The translations under genes were made by a program, and so were the position numbers. Below are positions 1-12,019 of a stretch of 64,000 nt of DNA, in pieces. How positions within the stretch are numbered: the stretch's first letter is position 1; the number at the start of each line of letters is the position of its first letter. Source of the DNA: Eledone cirrhosa (lineage: Eukaryota); contig OZ024755.1 of NCBI GenBank assembly GCA_964016885.1, positions 496,001-560,000 of the forward strand, given 5' to 3'. The notes below the pieces were generated by a model. The model did not search any database. It was not told the origin of the DNA and saw nothing but the letters and a program-made list of their open reading frames with translations.

Positions 1-195
1 ACGATTTCCAAATAAGCTTGAAAATAATCAAGTATTTGGAGGAGTGAGTAATATATCAAACTTTCTCATTACTTAGCTGGTGTTTGGAGCATAACTTAAC
101 CAAGGTTCTTACATAAAGTTATGATGGAAGATCTTTATATAAATATAAACATTTTAGAGTATACAGCTTAGTATTATAGAACCAATAGGTTAAAT
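1..195 (+). mobile_element. piggyBac-like non-autonomous MITE (~260-bp family), cut by window start
   Basis: Internal family sequence (ttggagg..gagtaatata..ctggtgtttggagcataacttaac..ggttcttacataaa..atgatggaag) ending ggttaa; recurs about 20 times in the window. Confidence 0.6.
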
Positions 196-597
196 TAAAA
201 ACAGGATTTAAAAATATATAAACCTATACAATGAAAATTATAAGTATCAAAATATATGTTAATATTGTTTAAATCAAATTTTATGATTCTAAATATATGT
301 CTAGAAAAATAATAAATGTTTTCCATATAAGAATCTACAGTTTTACAAACAGTAATTTATTTCAGTGTAATATTGATTAAATTATTTTAAAGCAGTTATT
401 GCTGTAACTTTTTAATCATAGAGAATGTATCTAAATCAACATAATAGTGGAGCGCATGTATATGTGATATGCACATGTATGTATGTAAATATATATGCAC
501 ATGCATATATGTTCATATATACACACACATGCAAGTTATAACCATATCTCTTAGTAAAATATTTTAAATATAATAGTCAGAGAAAACAAATAACATA

Positions 598-720
598 GGT
601 ACAAACATTGCTGTGTGGTTGGTTAGGGAGGTCCAGTGGTTCCTGGTATAGCTGAGGGGTCAACAATGTCTTATGAGTGGTATTTGATAGATGGAAGTTG
701 TCCATAAGCTCCTCGTATAT
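598..720 (+). mobile_element. degenerate tRNA-derived SINE (family D, head ggc(a/g)tggctgtgtggtt)
   Basis: Head similar to 14957 and 54283; later gagtgg..atttgatagatggaa..tg segment. Confidence 0.4.
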
Positions 721-884
721 GTGTGTTTACACAGGTGTAAAATTAGTGTTGTTTATATTGTGCCCCAATAGCCTAACCAATGCTTTCAGTAAAGCCGAGA
801 CAGTAAGAGTAAAAAATTAAGATAAACTAACAGAGAATATTATAGACAGACTAAGGTAGTGAAAGATATACTAACATAGTATTG

Positions 885-1317
885 TAGATAGAATTAGACT
901 AAGGAACTGATAGGCATACTAGAGTATCACAGACTAGAGAGTTAGACTAAGGAAGTAAAAGACAGTATCATAGACTAGAGAGTTAGACTAAGAAGCTAAA
1001 AGACAGTATCACAGACTAGAGAGTTAGACTAAGGAGGTATAAGACAGTATCACAGACGAGAGAGTTAGACTAAGGAGGTAAAAGACAGTATCACAGACGA
1101 GAGAGTTAGACTAAGGAGGTAAAAGACAGTATCATAGACTAGAGAGTTAGACTAAGAAGCTAAAAGACAGTATCACAGACTAGAGAGTTAGAGTAAGGAG
1201 TTATAAGACAGTATCATAGACTAGAGAGTTAGACTAAGAAGCTAAAAGACAGTATCATAGACTAGAGAGTTAGACTAAGGAGCTAAAAGACAGTATCACA
1301 GACTAGAGAGTTAGACA
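885..1317 (+). repeat. 41-bp minisatellite, about 10 copies
   Basis: Unit gacagtatca(c/t)agac(t/g)agagagttagactaag(g/a)ag(g/c)taaaa starts at 961 and again at 1002. Confidence 0.95.
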
Positions 1318-1753
1318 AAGGTACAACAACAGCTACATGAGTAACATATCTCTAACATACAAAACATTTTATAAATATAAATTATCAATAAGAATGTAAC
1401 AAAAAAATTCCTTTCACAAGATATCTTAAAAGGTTAAAATATAATTTTCTTCTCAAGATCAATATGAACAGTACAAACTGTTTTCTCTGCTGAGTCATTC
1501 TTCCAAGTGTAATTATATATTAATTTTTTGTTTTTTATTTTATTTCATCTTGCTTTTGTTTGTTTTATCTCTTTTAGCATGACGCCATTCAATAGAGAGT
1601 TTTTCTCTACTTTTTCTTTGATTAATCTTTCACAGTGGTCAATATTGTTTTCATCTTATCTTCAAATTCCCAATTCCCTTTAATCTTTTTACACAGAAAA
1701 GTGCATTGTGTTATGTATATGTGAGAAAGTTGATGATGTACAGTAGTGAAAGT

Positions 1754-1828
1754 TCAATAGTATCGAGGTAACAGGCCGCTAGAAAATACATTGGAATATG
1801 AATCCTCTGTTGAATGCTTAATGTGAAT
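1754..1828 (-). CDS. possible coding part of a terminal exon of the minus-strand host gene (IHIKHSTEDSYSNVFSSGLLPRYY* if phase 0)
   Basis: Acceptor tttctcagttctgacatcttgcag with branch-like ctaat/ctgac, in unique sequence; no recognisable homology. Confidence 0.2.
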   Translation of the reverse strand: MHIKHSTEDSYSNVFSSGLLPRYY

Positions 1829-2014
1829 CTGCAAGATGTCAGAACTGAGAAAAGGCGGAGTTTATTAGTTTACTCAAGGGAGTTTCTACATGTTCAATAC
1901 ACACACACATGTAGCACTGTTAATATAGTAATACATTGACTTCAACTTTTTCTGACTTTCTGAGTCACTGCATTTTAATCTTTATGTTCTCAAATTTAAA
2001 AGGAACGTAGGTTT

Positions 2015-2400
2015 TTATCCTTTTTGATACGAGCCTGTTTAGAACCAACTTTGGTTCTATGGAAAACGTGTTATTTAAATTTAAACAAGGGCGGTGGATT
2101 GGCAGTATCGGTAGAGGGTTGGACGCCATGCTTTCCAGCATAGTTACGTCCCTTTACGATCTGAGTTCAAATCCCACCGAGGTTGACTTTGCCTTTCATC
2201 CTTCCGGGGTCGATAAAATAAAGTACCAGTAATGCACTGGGTAATTGCTGGCCTTGTGCCTAAAGTAGAAACAGTTATTTAAATTTAAACATTTCAACAT
2301 AATTTTCTATAAGAACCTTTTGCTAAGCCGTTTTACAAATACTATCTTAATAATGAAATAATTAGTAAATCCCTCCAAATTCTTCATTAATCAAAGAGAG
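2015..2400 (-). mobile_element. piggyBac-like MITE interrupted by a SINE
   Basis: Family sequence continues on both sides of the SINE at 2088-2273. Confidence 0.65.
2088..2273 (+). mobile_element. full-length tRNA-derived SINE (family A) with 18-bp target-site duplication
   Basis: A box-like tggcagtatcgg, B box gttcaaatcc, central gcctttcatccttccggggtcgataaaataaagtaccag (resembles the Meta-SINE domain from memory); TSD gttatttaaatttaaaca at 2070-2087 and 2274-2291. Confidence 0.9.
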
Positions 2401-2466
2401 TTGAAACATATCACATGGCACTTAGTCTCAGGCTCTAACAGATTCATCAATTCACCATCTTAAAGT

Positions 2467-2652
2467 ACCATATATACTTGAATATAAGCTGACCCCACAA
2501 TTTTATGTCTGAGAAATAGGCAAAAATCCAAACCTTATTTAAGTAGAATTTGAAGTTGGTGAAAATCATCAAAATATTGGCCCTGAATATAAGCACACAC
2601 CCTTCTTCCATCGATTCTTTAGGTCACATATTCCTCAGCTTATATTTGAGTT
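2467..2652. mobile_element. Tc2/pogo-like MITE (TIR cc(g/a)tatatactcgaatataagc)
   Basis: TA + ccatatatacttgaatataagctga at left, tcagcttatatttgagt at right; same family at 12171, 13142, 36250. Confidence 0.7.
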
Positions 2653-2838
2653 CCATACTTATCACATTGCAATAAAAGTGAGAAAGATATCCAGCCTTAC
2701 AAATCCCTACTCTAAATATAGAAACTTAATTTAATCATAAAATCAGTTAGAATTAAAGAGATGAATAAATAATTTTTTCAATTAAATCTACTGCTTTATG
2801 TGACTCTCATGCAATCTTATTGAGAAGAATATTTCCAT

Positions 2839-3080
2839 GAAGGCAGCCAATTGGCAGAGTTGTTAAAATGTTGGATAGAATACTTTGTAGTATTCAGTTC
2901 AGCTCTCCACCCTCTGAGTTCAAATCCCGCTGAGGTTAACTTTGCCTTTCATCCTTTCGAGACCGATAAAAAAAAAGTACCAGTCTAGTACTGGGGTAGA
3001 TTCTTCCTCTGTATCTCTGTCCAACTCTCTCACATTCTTTCCTTCCCTGGAAGAAGGAGATGGGGCTCCACCAGGTTTAG
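2839..3080 (+). mobile_element. SINE family A, long-tail variant
   Basis: Family A head and core followed by tagtactggggt..ttcttcctct..ctggaagaaggagatgggg..ccaccaggttt tail; same tail at 16935, 37090, 63015. Confidence 0.75.
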
Positions 3081-3086
3081 AAAATA

Positions 3087-3198
3087 CTCTAGAATAGCTG
3101 TATGTCAATATGGCACCCCTACAACTCCCTCAGGAATTACGATGCTCTAGAAATGCTGTATGTCTATATGGCACGCCTACGACTCCCTCAGGAGTTAC
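3087..3198 (+). repeat. ~58-bp tandem duplication
   Basis: ctctaga..gctgtatgtc.atatggcac.cctac.actccctcagga.ttac occurs twice. Confidence 0.85.
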
Positions 3199-3413
3199 AA
3201 GACCAAAGACAGAAAAAAAAGAAAATATTTCTGTGAATATTTTAATACTATTTATAAAATGTGTAGCATGTAATTCGTTAGATACTTTCATGTTTTGGTG
3301 AAAATGTTTTAAATAAACACACAGTATATTATCTAATATACAATACGTACATTCATATATACATCACTATTACAGAGCACCAATACTAATATATATCTAT
3401 AAATATATATTTT

Positions 3414-4323
3414 CCAGCTAGAGTCAGAACAGGATGGAAAAAGTTCAGAGAGCTTATACCACTATTGGCCGCTAAAGGTTTCTCCCTAAAAATGAAAGGC
3501 AGACTGTATGATACCTGTATATGAACAGCAATGTTACATAGCAGTGAGACATGGGCATTGTGTGCAGAGGATCTGCACAGACTGGAGAGGAACGAAGCTT
3601 ACATGCTCTGTTGGATGTGTAAGGGTAATATACGTGAACGGAAAAGCATAAATGAAATAAGTGAGAAATTAGGAATAAGAGGGATCAGATGCTGTTTACT
3701 CGAGAGAAGACTACGTTGGTATGGTCACGTGATGCGCATGAAAGACGACAGCTGTATAAAAAAATGCAGGGCAATCAAAATAGATGGAGGCTACAAAGTC
3801 GGCAGACCCAGAAAAACCTGGGACGATTTGATAAATTCTGACCTTACACACTTACACCTCTCCAAGACAATGTCACTGGACCGAGATCTTTGGCGCTACA
3901 CAGTAATACAGAAGACCAGCCTTGCCTAAGTACAAAGCGAAACCTACAGTCAGTAGGCACCTCCTAACCAAAAATACACCCCCATCCCACTACCCCCACC
4001 CCATCTACACCACCCCTTTCTCTATAAAGTTATGTTGGTGCCACAACATCCAGTCCTAAATAAATGAGGTCGTGTAGGTGTCACGACAAAAAAAAAACAC
4101 ACAGTCCACGCTGTAATGTGGCCGTGTAGGTAACACAGTAAAAAATCTCCCAGTCCACACTGTAAACGTGGTTGGTGTTAGGAAGGGCATCCAGCCATAG
4201 AAAACCTGCCAGACAGTCCTATATGAGCAAGACAACCAATCTTGCTTTACATGGGACAATTCCCGTCTAAACCCATGCTAGCGTGGAAGATAGACGTTAA
4301 ACGATGATGATTATGATGATGAT
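3414..4323 (+). mobile_element. 5'-truncated RTE-clade LINE (RT C-terminus, 3' UTR, (GAT)n tail), inactive
   Basis: ORF 3531-3929 has LHSSETW, RRLRWYGHVMR, GRPRKTW; in-frame TGA just upstream; tail gacgttaaacgatgatgat; TA-rich repeats on both sides. Confidence 0.92.
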
Positions 4324-4965
4324 ATATATATAGCAATACCTATGTACCATGTCTATATCAACTTGATACTATCTAATTAAATGAACAATTCTAAAAATCA
4401 GATAACTTGTAACAATAACAACAGTGACACAATGACTAATGAATTGGTAAGATAAAGGAAGGATTGTGTGCTGATAATCATGTAGGTGTATATAGCTTAA
4501 AAATCAATAATTAGTTATTGACAGGTATGGTAAATCTCAGAACATTGAACTTTATCACTGAACCATCACTCATTTACGTAATTAATGTCAATTACACGCA
4601 GGTGTGTGCAGTGTGTAGTGTCTATGCCAGGTATTACAAACAGAAGAGATTTAAATTAGTCTTCACAACGAATTACCTTCACTGAACTACAACATTATAA
4701 CTAGTAAAGCCCAATCATATTATTACAAACTGAAGATGATGTCATCAAAATAAATTAATGCTAAACGACAGAATTTATTACCAAGCTTATCTGACTTGGT
4801 ATAGAATGTAATAATCATGAAGGAACAGTCAGGTGGAAGAAAAAGGAAAACCTTTGAAGCTATAGTTTTAAGACATGGGTAATATTTTTCTTTAAGAAAT
4901 CATGCACAATTCAAAAAAAGCAAGCCACATTATTTTAAAAACAAAAAACAAAAATCTTTACTCAC

Positions 4966-5010
4966 ATATCCTGTGAAGGAGAACGTACTTTGGGCACTGC
5001 TTGAATGCTG
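4966..5010 (-). CDS. 45-nt (or 42-nt via NAGNAG) frame-preserving cassette exon of an unidentified minus-strand gene
   Basis: atttatttttacctcTGCACAG|CAGcattc...ggatat|GTGAGT; all three frames open; TGCATG on minus strand at 4901-4906 and 5058-5063. Confidence 0.6.
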
Positions 5011-5209
5011 CTGTGCAGAGGTAAAAATAAATGTTGCATAAGAGACAAATAAAAAAACATGCAAAGCTCGGTAATAAAGTTTAAATGCGCAGAGATGCAA
5101 GTTTTCACTTGAAGCAAAATGTTATGGTCAAGCTGAAGAAATTAAATTTCAAAACTGAAAAGATGCCTGTAGATTTTAAAATTTGTTAATTTTTAGGAAA
5201 GTGGGGTGG

Positions 5210-5380
5210 AACTCATTAAATCAAACCAAGGAAGCGATGTTTCCTTTGATCTTTCCATTGCTGATACTTTCTACTGGTTACAACTCCTAGCAGAAGTGAC
5301 ATGACATAGAGCTCCATCAGGAAATTGAACTCACCACCTCACAAATGCAAATCCAACTCTATGACCACTAAGCCACAACA
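5210..5380 (-). mobile_element. tRNA-derived SINE family C
   Basis: Reverse complement of tgtggcttagtggt head and agtatcagcaatggaaa..ttccttggt.tgattt.atgag tail as at 30543 and 53818. Confidence 0.7.
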
Positions 5381-5689
5381 CGCATTCACTTTAATGTTTA
5401 GTTATGTATTAATAAAACTATTTCCAACATAAAACAAAGATTTTTTTAAAAATTAGTTCTCAAAGATGAGGTGTTAGGACTTGCAGTAATTACATTTCTA
5501 GCAATAAGTTAATTATTTATTAAATGTATTTAAGGTGAACTGGCAGAATCAGTAGAGCTCCAAACAAATGTGTGGCTGTATTTCTTCCAACTTTTTACTT
5601 TTTGAGTTCATTTTTCTTAATTTTTGTTTCATCTTTATCATGGAAATTATGTTGTGGACTTTGCAGAGTCAATAGACTGTTGACTAGAA

Positions 5690-5840
5690 TATAACACGCT
5701 TTGTAAGGCCATCTTCCCTGCAGGCGCCATGACAAATTTCTCCATTTGTCTCTAGTATCTGCATCTCCCCCTTCAACACCTCCCTTGGCTTTCATTTCCT
5801 CTGCCATTTTTAGCCAGGTCTTTCTTGGTTTTCCCTTCTA
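5690..5840 (-). mobile_element. RTE-type LINE 3' fragment
   Basis: Translates as KGKPRKTWLK...DTRDKWR, an RTE RT C-terminal motif. Confidence 0.6.
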
Positions 5841-6514
5841 GTTTTATGTTAGTAAGAAACCTATGTCACATTCTATAGAAATTAAATCAAAATTCATCAT
5901 AAAAAGAATTTTCAAAACTTATTATTATTGCTTCTAAAAGCTCTGTTATTTTGGCTTATCTGAAATATTTGAAATACATAAGTTGGATTCAATTAAGTAA
6001 CATTCAATTAAAACTAAAAAAGCTTATCTAAAAATTCCTTTAAGATTTTGATAAAGAAGAAAACCTTTTCACCATGAATATAATGTAATATATATATTCA
6101 AAATAAAATACTTTATATATTATCCCCTTTATAGCCTTTATAAATGTGATGTTTAGCTACCATTATTTGTAGATTAATAAAATGATGAAACCTATTGAAT
6201 TAAATTTTGTGGTTGGATAAATAAAGGCTTTGTCTTGTGCCTGGCAGAATGAGAAAATCAAGTCTTAAAATATAGAATACATATAGAAAGACAAAGTCTA
6301 CCATATAACTGTGATTAACATGGAGTTGATAACAGATACCACAATATGAGTTACTCCTAAACAATAATTTGTGAAGCCAAAATTAAAAGAAATCCATTAC
6401 TTTTTAGAAATTTAATAAATAGAAGAAGTTGTTTGCCATTAGATAAAAATTCTGATATTTTGAGCACACAAGGACCCAATCCCCCACCACCACCATATGT
6501 ATATATATATATAT

Positions 6515-6580
6515 AGATCAGTTCCCGTCCCACCCTTGCAAGCAGGGAAAAGTGGACGTGAAATGATGATGATGATGATA
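6515..6580 (+). mobile_element. very short RTE 3' tail inserted in (TA)n
   Basis: cccgtcccacccttgcaagcagggaaaagtggacgtgaaatgatgatgat between TA repeats. Confidence 0.7.
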
Positions 6581-6586
6581 TATATA

Positions 6587-6942
6587 CGAGGGTAATCCCA
6601 AAAGAAAGGTTTCCAAAGCGATGGGGACGCAGAGAAACTGCTGTACGGCTGTTGGCAACACTCCCACACAAGCATGGGCGTGCTTTGCTGGGATGCTCAA
6701 TCTTGGCTTGGCAGCCGTTGAGAATGGAGCTACCGCCAAGTGCGAATTTCGCGCAGTTATTATATACGAGGGCAATCCCAAAAGTAAGGTCTCCTTCCGA
6801 GGAAAACATGCGTAAAGATCGGCGGATCACTCTGGATGCTCTCTGCATTTTGATTCCTGAGGTTTCCCGAAGCACCATCCACAGGATTTTAACGGAAAAG
6901 TTGCAATATCGGAAGGAGACCTTACTTTTGGGATTGCCCTCG
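6587..6942 (+). mobile_element. internally deleted mariner element with three TIR copies
   Basis: TA-flanked TIRs cgagggYaatcccaaaagWaaggtYtcc at 6587 and 6767, inverted at 6915-6942; transposase remnants AKCEFRAVI and DRRITLDAL..VSRSTIHRILTEKLQYRK (HTH). Confidence 0.9.
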
Positions 6943-7179
6943 TATATATATATTCCACAAATCTGCTCCAAATGCTTGCAACAGAACTGACTCCACTAAA
7001 AATTAACTAAGGGCCAACTGGTGCTATTAAACTGGTCATTACATTAAAGCCTGTTACACAAGTACACTACACCAAGATTTGAACACAGAACACTAACTGA
7101 GGAACCTTCAGTTTGTGTCAAAAGACATCAAAGTATCTCTTCTGCACTCAATAGAATATATGACTGTACTCTACAGACT

Positions 7180-7292
7180 CCTCTGCCTGCCTGGGGGTTC
7201 AGTAGCCTTGCTTCAGTACTGACTTGGTCTATGTAGACCCGTCCAACTCTTGTTAGCAAAGGAAAGCAGACATTAAATGATGATTATGATCA
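7180..7292 (+). mobile_element. short RTE-type 3' end (subfamily gcttcagtactgacttggtctatgtagac)
   Basis: Same sequence at 29715-29830 (+) and 33630-33720 (-), with (GAT)n tail. Confidence 0.7.
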
Positions 7293-7299
7293 TGGTTGC

Positions 7300-7440
7300 C
7301 TTCATTGCTATACCAATTCTGTTAATACACCACCCACCCTGAATAAAAACTTTATTTTACGAACCCTAAAAAGAATTGATGAAAGGCAAAGTTGACTTCA
7401 GAAAGGGATTTGAACTCAGAGAGCAGAGTGCTGGAAGGCC
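7300..7440 (-). mobile_element. SINE family A fragment
   Basis: gatgaaaggcaaagttgac..ggatttgaactcaga. Confidence 0.6.
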
Positions 7441-7699
7441 ATATTAGACAAAATGCTCTGCAGTGTTTAGTTGCATTCCATTCTGTTCTAAAAATGTTGA
7501 CTCCTGCTGCAGTGGACTGTCTTTTATTAAAGTGCTGGTGAAGAATGGTCGATAATATTGATGGTTTCCTCCAAAAGGAATTTGTGACCTTGGGTCTAAC
7601 TTAGAAATCAATTAGTTATAAATAAAGCAAATAAAATAAATCTAAATTATACATATACATATATATATATACATATGCATACACATATATACATATATA

Positions 7700-7730
<31 letters not shown>

Positions 7731-9306
7731 GTTTATATATATATATATATATATATAAAGTGCCAAACTAATCGATTGTACTTCATCAACAAACAACTCA
7801 TTAAAGCTAAAATTGATAATATAATAATTGATTTATGTAGTAGGTACACAAATATTTATAGATTATTGCAAAGACTATAAAGAATGTAAAATCAACATCC
7901 AATACCATTTTCCCAATAAAATATGTTGAAATTATATGATAGCATATTTTTACTCTTCAATTAGTTGTTCCTCTTTGAGTAAATATGAAAATATGGCAGG
8001 CACTATAGAGTAGGTTGTGGAGAGTTGAGTTCATATTTATAGTTTGAGTTCCCAACAGAAACCATTTGTAGTTAGTTCAGTTGTGCTAATATTATCTTTG
8101 TATCAAATATCACAACTCAATTTTTCCTAGAATGATTTATGGCCGTGTATTTAAGATAAAAAGTAACCAATACTTCAATATAAAACGAGTTGGTAAAGAA
8201 AGATAACTGCTACCATAGAAATTAAAACTGAGTGATTTAATGTTTCTAGTTTCAGTAGTTATCACTGTTCAGTGAAGCAAATCACCCCAGGGTCAAACAA
8301 ATAACACAGTCATATACTTAACTCTTTTATGATCACATTTCTTGTTAAATACACACTATTTCAATTAATTGATGAAGAATGTTGAGGGATTTACTAATTA
8401 TCTCATTACTAAAATAGTAATTTAATGTAAGGTTCTTTAATGTAAGGTTCTTTAATGTAAGGTAATATAAAATTATGTTGTAAGTTAAAAAGGTCACTTG
8501 ACAATCATAATGTCCCAGGTTTGATCCCATTTTCGCTATGTCTTTTGCCATGGCCTCAGGTCAACCTGAGCCCTATGAGTGAAATTATGTATACACAGGC
8601 CTGGGCTTTCACCTGCTGAGGCCCTACGTTATATCAAATTTGGGGCCTTTCTCTAAAAAAATTCAGGTAAAGAAATTGAAAATAATTATATATGATTATT
8701 ATATTTTATATTAATGTTAACGATAACAGACATTAAAACGATGATGATGATGAGGAACCTTTGTTATGTTATGGTCCAGCTTAATAATAGAAAGTTTGTT
8801 TGTTATATTACTAAATCCCTATTCTTGGTTATTTGAAACCCCAAAGCAGTGTTAGGCATTAAAAATATGGAAACAATGGGGTTAAATTCTTTGAGAATTC
8901 AACATTTTTATATTTAAAACAGAAATATTTCTCATTTCAAACATAAAAATTGTTAATGATTTTTATATATCATTGATCAATACATAATCAATATAGGATC
9001 ATGTAAAGTAAACCAATAAAATTTCACTGAAGCCCCTGGGTAATTCGAGTGTAATGGCTAAACCAAATGTTGAAATCGCTTTCATTAATTTAACCCAACA
9101 TAAAAAGTAAAGTAATTTTGGCCTCAAACTGGGAAAAGATTTTTACTTTTTCTGTTTAAAAGCTGAAAACAAATTCTGTTACACAAATATCGATATTATT
9201 TCTGCTCATCAAAATATATTTGCTTCAAATGAAAAATGCATTCTTTTACATGTGTAGCAGTTAAGCAAGTTTACAGCAATAACAAATGGACAGATTGTTA
9301 GGAGAT

Positions 9307-9464
<158 letters not shown>

Positions 9465-9933
9465 ATATATACACATATATTATTATTATTATTATTACTA
9501 TTATAAACAAAACTACACATATTGTTTATTCAGTTTTATATTTTAATTACTTTTCAGAAATGTACAGTGGAGAACATAAAAGCTTCTTAATGCAGAAACA
9601 TAACAAAAAACAACAAAACAAAACCAACGAACAAACAAACAAACAAAAATCAATACAATTACCATTATTAATTCTTTTCTCTCTTTCTAGATTATTCCAA
9701 TACTAAATAAATAAAAATATTTTTTTGCTGATTGACTATGACTATGAACAGAAAGAAAATAGTTCTGGTGGGGTGGGGACATATCAAATCTGCAGCAATG
9801 GACTACTTATGTCAGAGATAAAGACATCAAAATGAATGCATCATGGGTTTTTTTTAAATCCAGGGTATACTGTCCATTTGTATAAACAAATAAATATATA
9901 TACATATACGCACATACACATATTATATACATA

Positions 9934-9964
<31 letters not shown>

Positions 9965-10339
9965 AAGAAGCAAGGTATTAAGCAACAGCTAAATATATAC
10001 ATATATATACACACACATATGTATACATATACATACATATACACATATATACACACACATATATATATATATATAAATAAATTAAAAGCATTAGAAGCAG
10101 AGTGATTGAACAATGTGAACAAACAAAGCAGTAAGCTGAATAGAAAGCATAATTTCACTAACTACATGTGTAAAAAAAAGCAGCTTACATTCATGTTTCT
10201 TAGCAAACAAATATGGTGAAATTGAAGTAGAAAATTAAAATATTTGAGTGATTTTACTCAAATTTTAACAATTATAATTATCTGTTAAGCAGGCATTAAA
10301 CAATGATGATGATGATACAGTATCACTACATGAGGTGAC

Positions 10340-10480
10340 ATAAAAAGGTTGGTGTTAGGAAGGACATCCAGCCATAAAACACTGCCTTTGATATAGACGT
10401 CATATGGAGTATGAAACTCATCATGGGGCCTGTAAGGTTTAGCCCCCTGCTTTAACAGGAAACATGGACTTAAACATTTA
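10340..10480 (+). mobile_element. RTE 3'-UTR-related short retro-element fragment
   Basis: ggttggtgttaggaaggacatccagccataaaac motif shared with the RTE UTR near 4170. Confidence 0.6.
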
Positions 10481-11029
10481 TTATTGTTTCCTATGTTAGA
10501 AATAATACCAAAATGTGTAGACTGTTGAAACAAAATATTTTACTGTTGGTTCTTTCCCCAACCACCACCACTCCACTGCAAGGAGAGATAATGGCACCTA
10601 TTTTCTGTGAGCTAGATCAAATTAAACAGTGTAGGGGTACAAAACTATTTAAGAAGCAAAACTAACTCATAATATATGGTCAGAAATCTATCACCAAAAA
10701 CCTCATAACCACTAATTCAATTTGCATATTTATGTAGATAATCTAAAAATATATAATGTTATTACCAGAAGACAAAATCTAATAAAATCTTTGCTATACT
10801 TGTTCCAGATCAATAAAACTCTTCAAACTCTCCCAGTATTCCAATGTTCGTTTGTATATCATAACAAACCCCACCATTTCATTTAGAAAGGAACTTTTAT
10901 TACACTTCTCATAACTCACTTCAATTTATATACAAAACAAAAACAGAATATATACATTACTTAAGTAGGAAACAGTATAATCATATAAACGTTACTAAAA
11001 GGTAAAACAAAATACGTGACTCCTATGTA

Positions 11030-11162
11030 TAGGGCTGTCCCCCTCCACCAAAAAATAAAAAATGTGATCACATTTTGATTCTCTATAACTCATCCTCTTG
11101 TTTCTAACTTAATAATGCATTTATTGTCATTTAAGGATTGTATATATTTGGGGGACACCTTG
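11030..11162. mobile_element. Tc1-like MITE (~130 bp)
   Basis: TA-flanked degenerate TIRs tagggctgtcccc ... ggggacaccttg (consensus-like cagggtgtcccc). Confidence 0.6.
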
Positions 11163-11299
11163 TATATTACTAGGATTCCACACTATTTTCGGCATTAACA
11201 GAGTAACCTATTCTGCTAAAGCTAAGGGACTAATGATTAATTCAAGGCTAATGAAATAGGACAATTGGAATAGCAAGAATGATTTACAGTCTTTGTTAA

Positions 11300-11502
11300 T
11301 TTGTCAAAGTTCTTTTATCACACATTCTGTGACCTCCTCGGGGCTATCTGTTCTCTTTTATACCTCTTCATCTTTCTGGTGTTGATATGTTACTCCAGCC
11401 TGTCTTTTGTTTTGTTTAAGACCCAAAAGAAGACGAGGCACAAAAGAGAACAGATAGTCATTGAGGAGGTCACTGAATGTGAGATGAAAGAACTTTGACA
11501 AA
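11300..11502. repeat. ~77-bp imperfect inverted repeat with ~50-bp spacer
   Basis: 11300-11375 tttgtcaaagttctttt..gtgacctcctc..ctatctgttctctttt pairs with 11426-11502. Confidence 0.9.
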
Positions 11503-11900
11503 GTACCGAATAACTAGTAATAAAGATAAAGTGATTTACGATGTATAATTTGAAAAGGTGGAATGGTAGACCCTTTCTGGTATAATCCATAAATTGTGGC
11601 AAGTAATAAATATATGATTAAAGTTCTGTCAGTAAACCTGTTGATCTTTTACTGCCTCTAATTCTGTATTTTCTAGCTGCTCTTTAATAGTCTTCTCTTT
11701 GAACCTGTAGCTGTGTAAATCTCCAGCATTCTGAGACCCCCAGACCACCTCCCTACTTAAATCAGGATGGAAATAACAATCCATAAGAATAAAACTAACA
11801 AAGTGAAAAGTCTCTCTCAAAACATCTCCCTTGCCATTCTTTGGAATAATACATTTACTATTTTGTCTGCTGGGACCACAAATCATTTGCATGGTTTTCT
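11500..11900 (-). mobile_element. possible decayed Penelope-like RT remnant
   Basis: Minus-strand frame gives FVVPADK..N, reminiscent of the PLE RT N-terminal motif; heavily disrupted. Confidence 0.3.
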
Positions 11901-12019
11901 GTGGTATAATAAAATCCTTTTTTACTGTTATTTACTAAATATAGTTCCGTCATTTCCTAAAAATTTGAAGTAAAATACTTTCAGAAGCACCAAGTCATTA
12001 ATTGTACAATTATTTTAAT

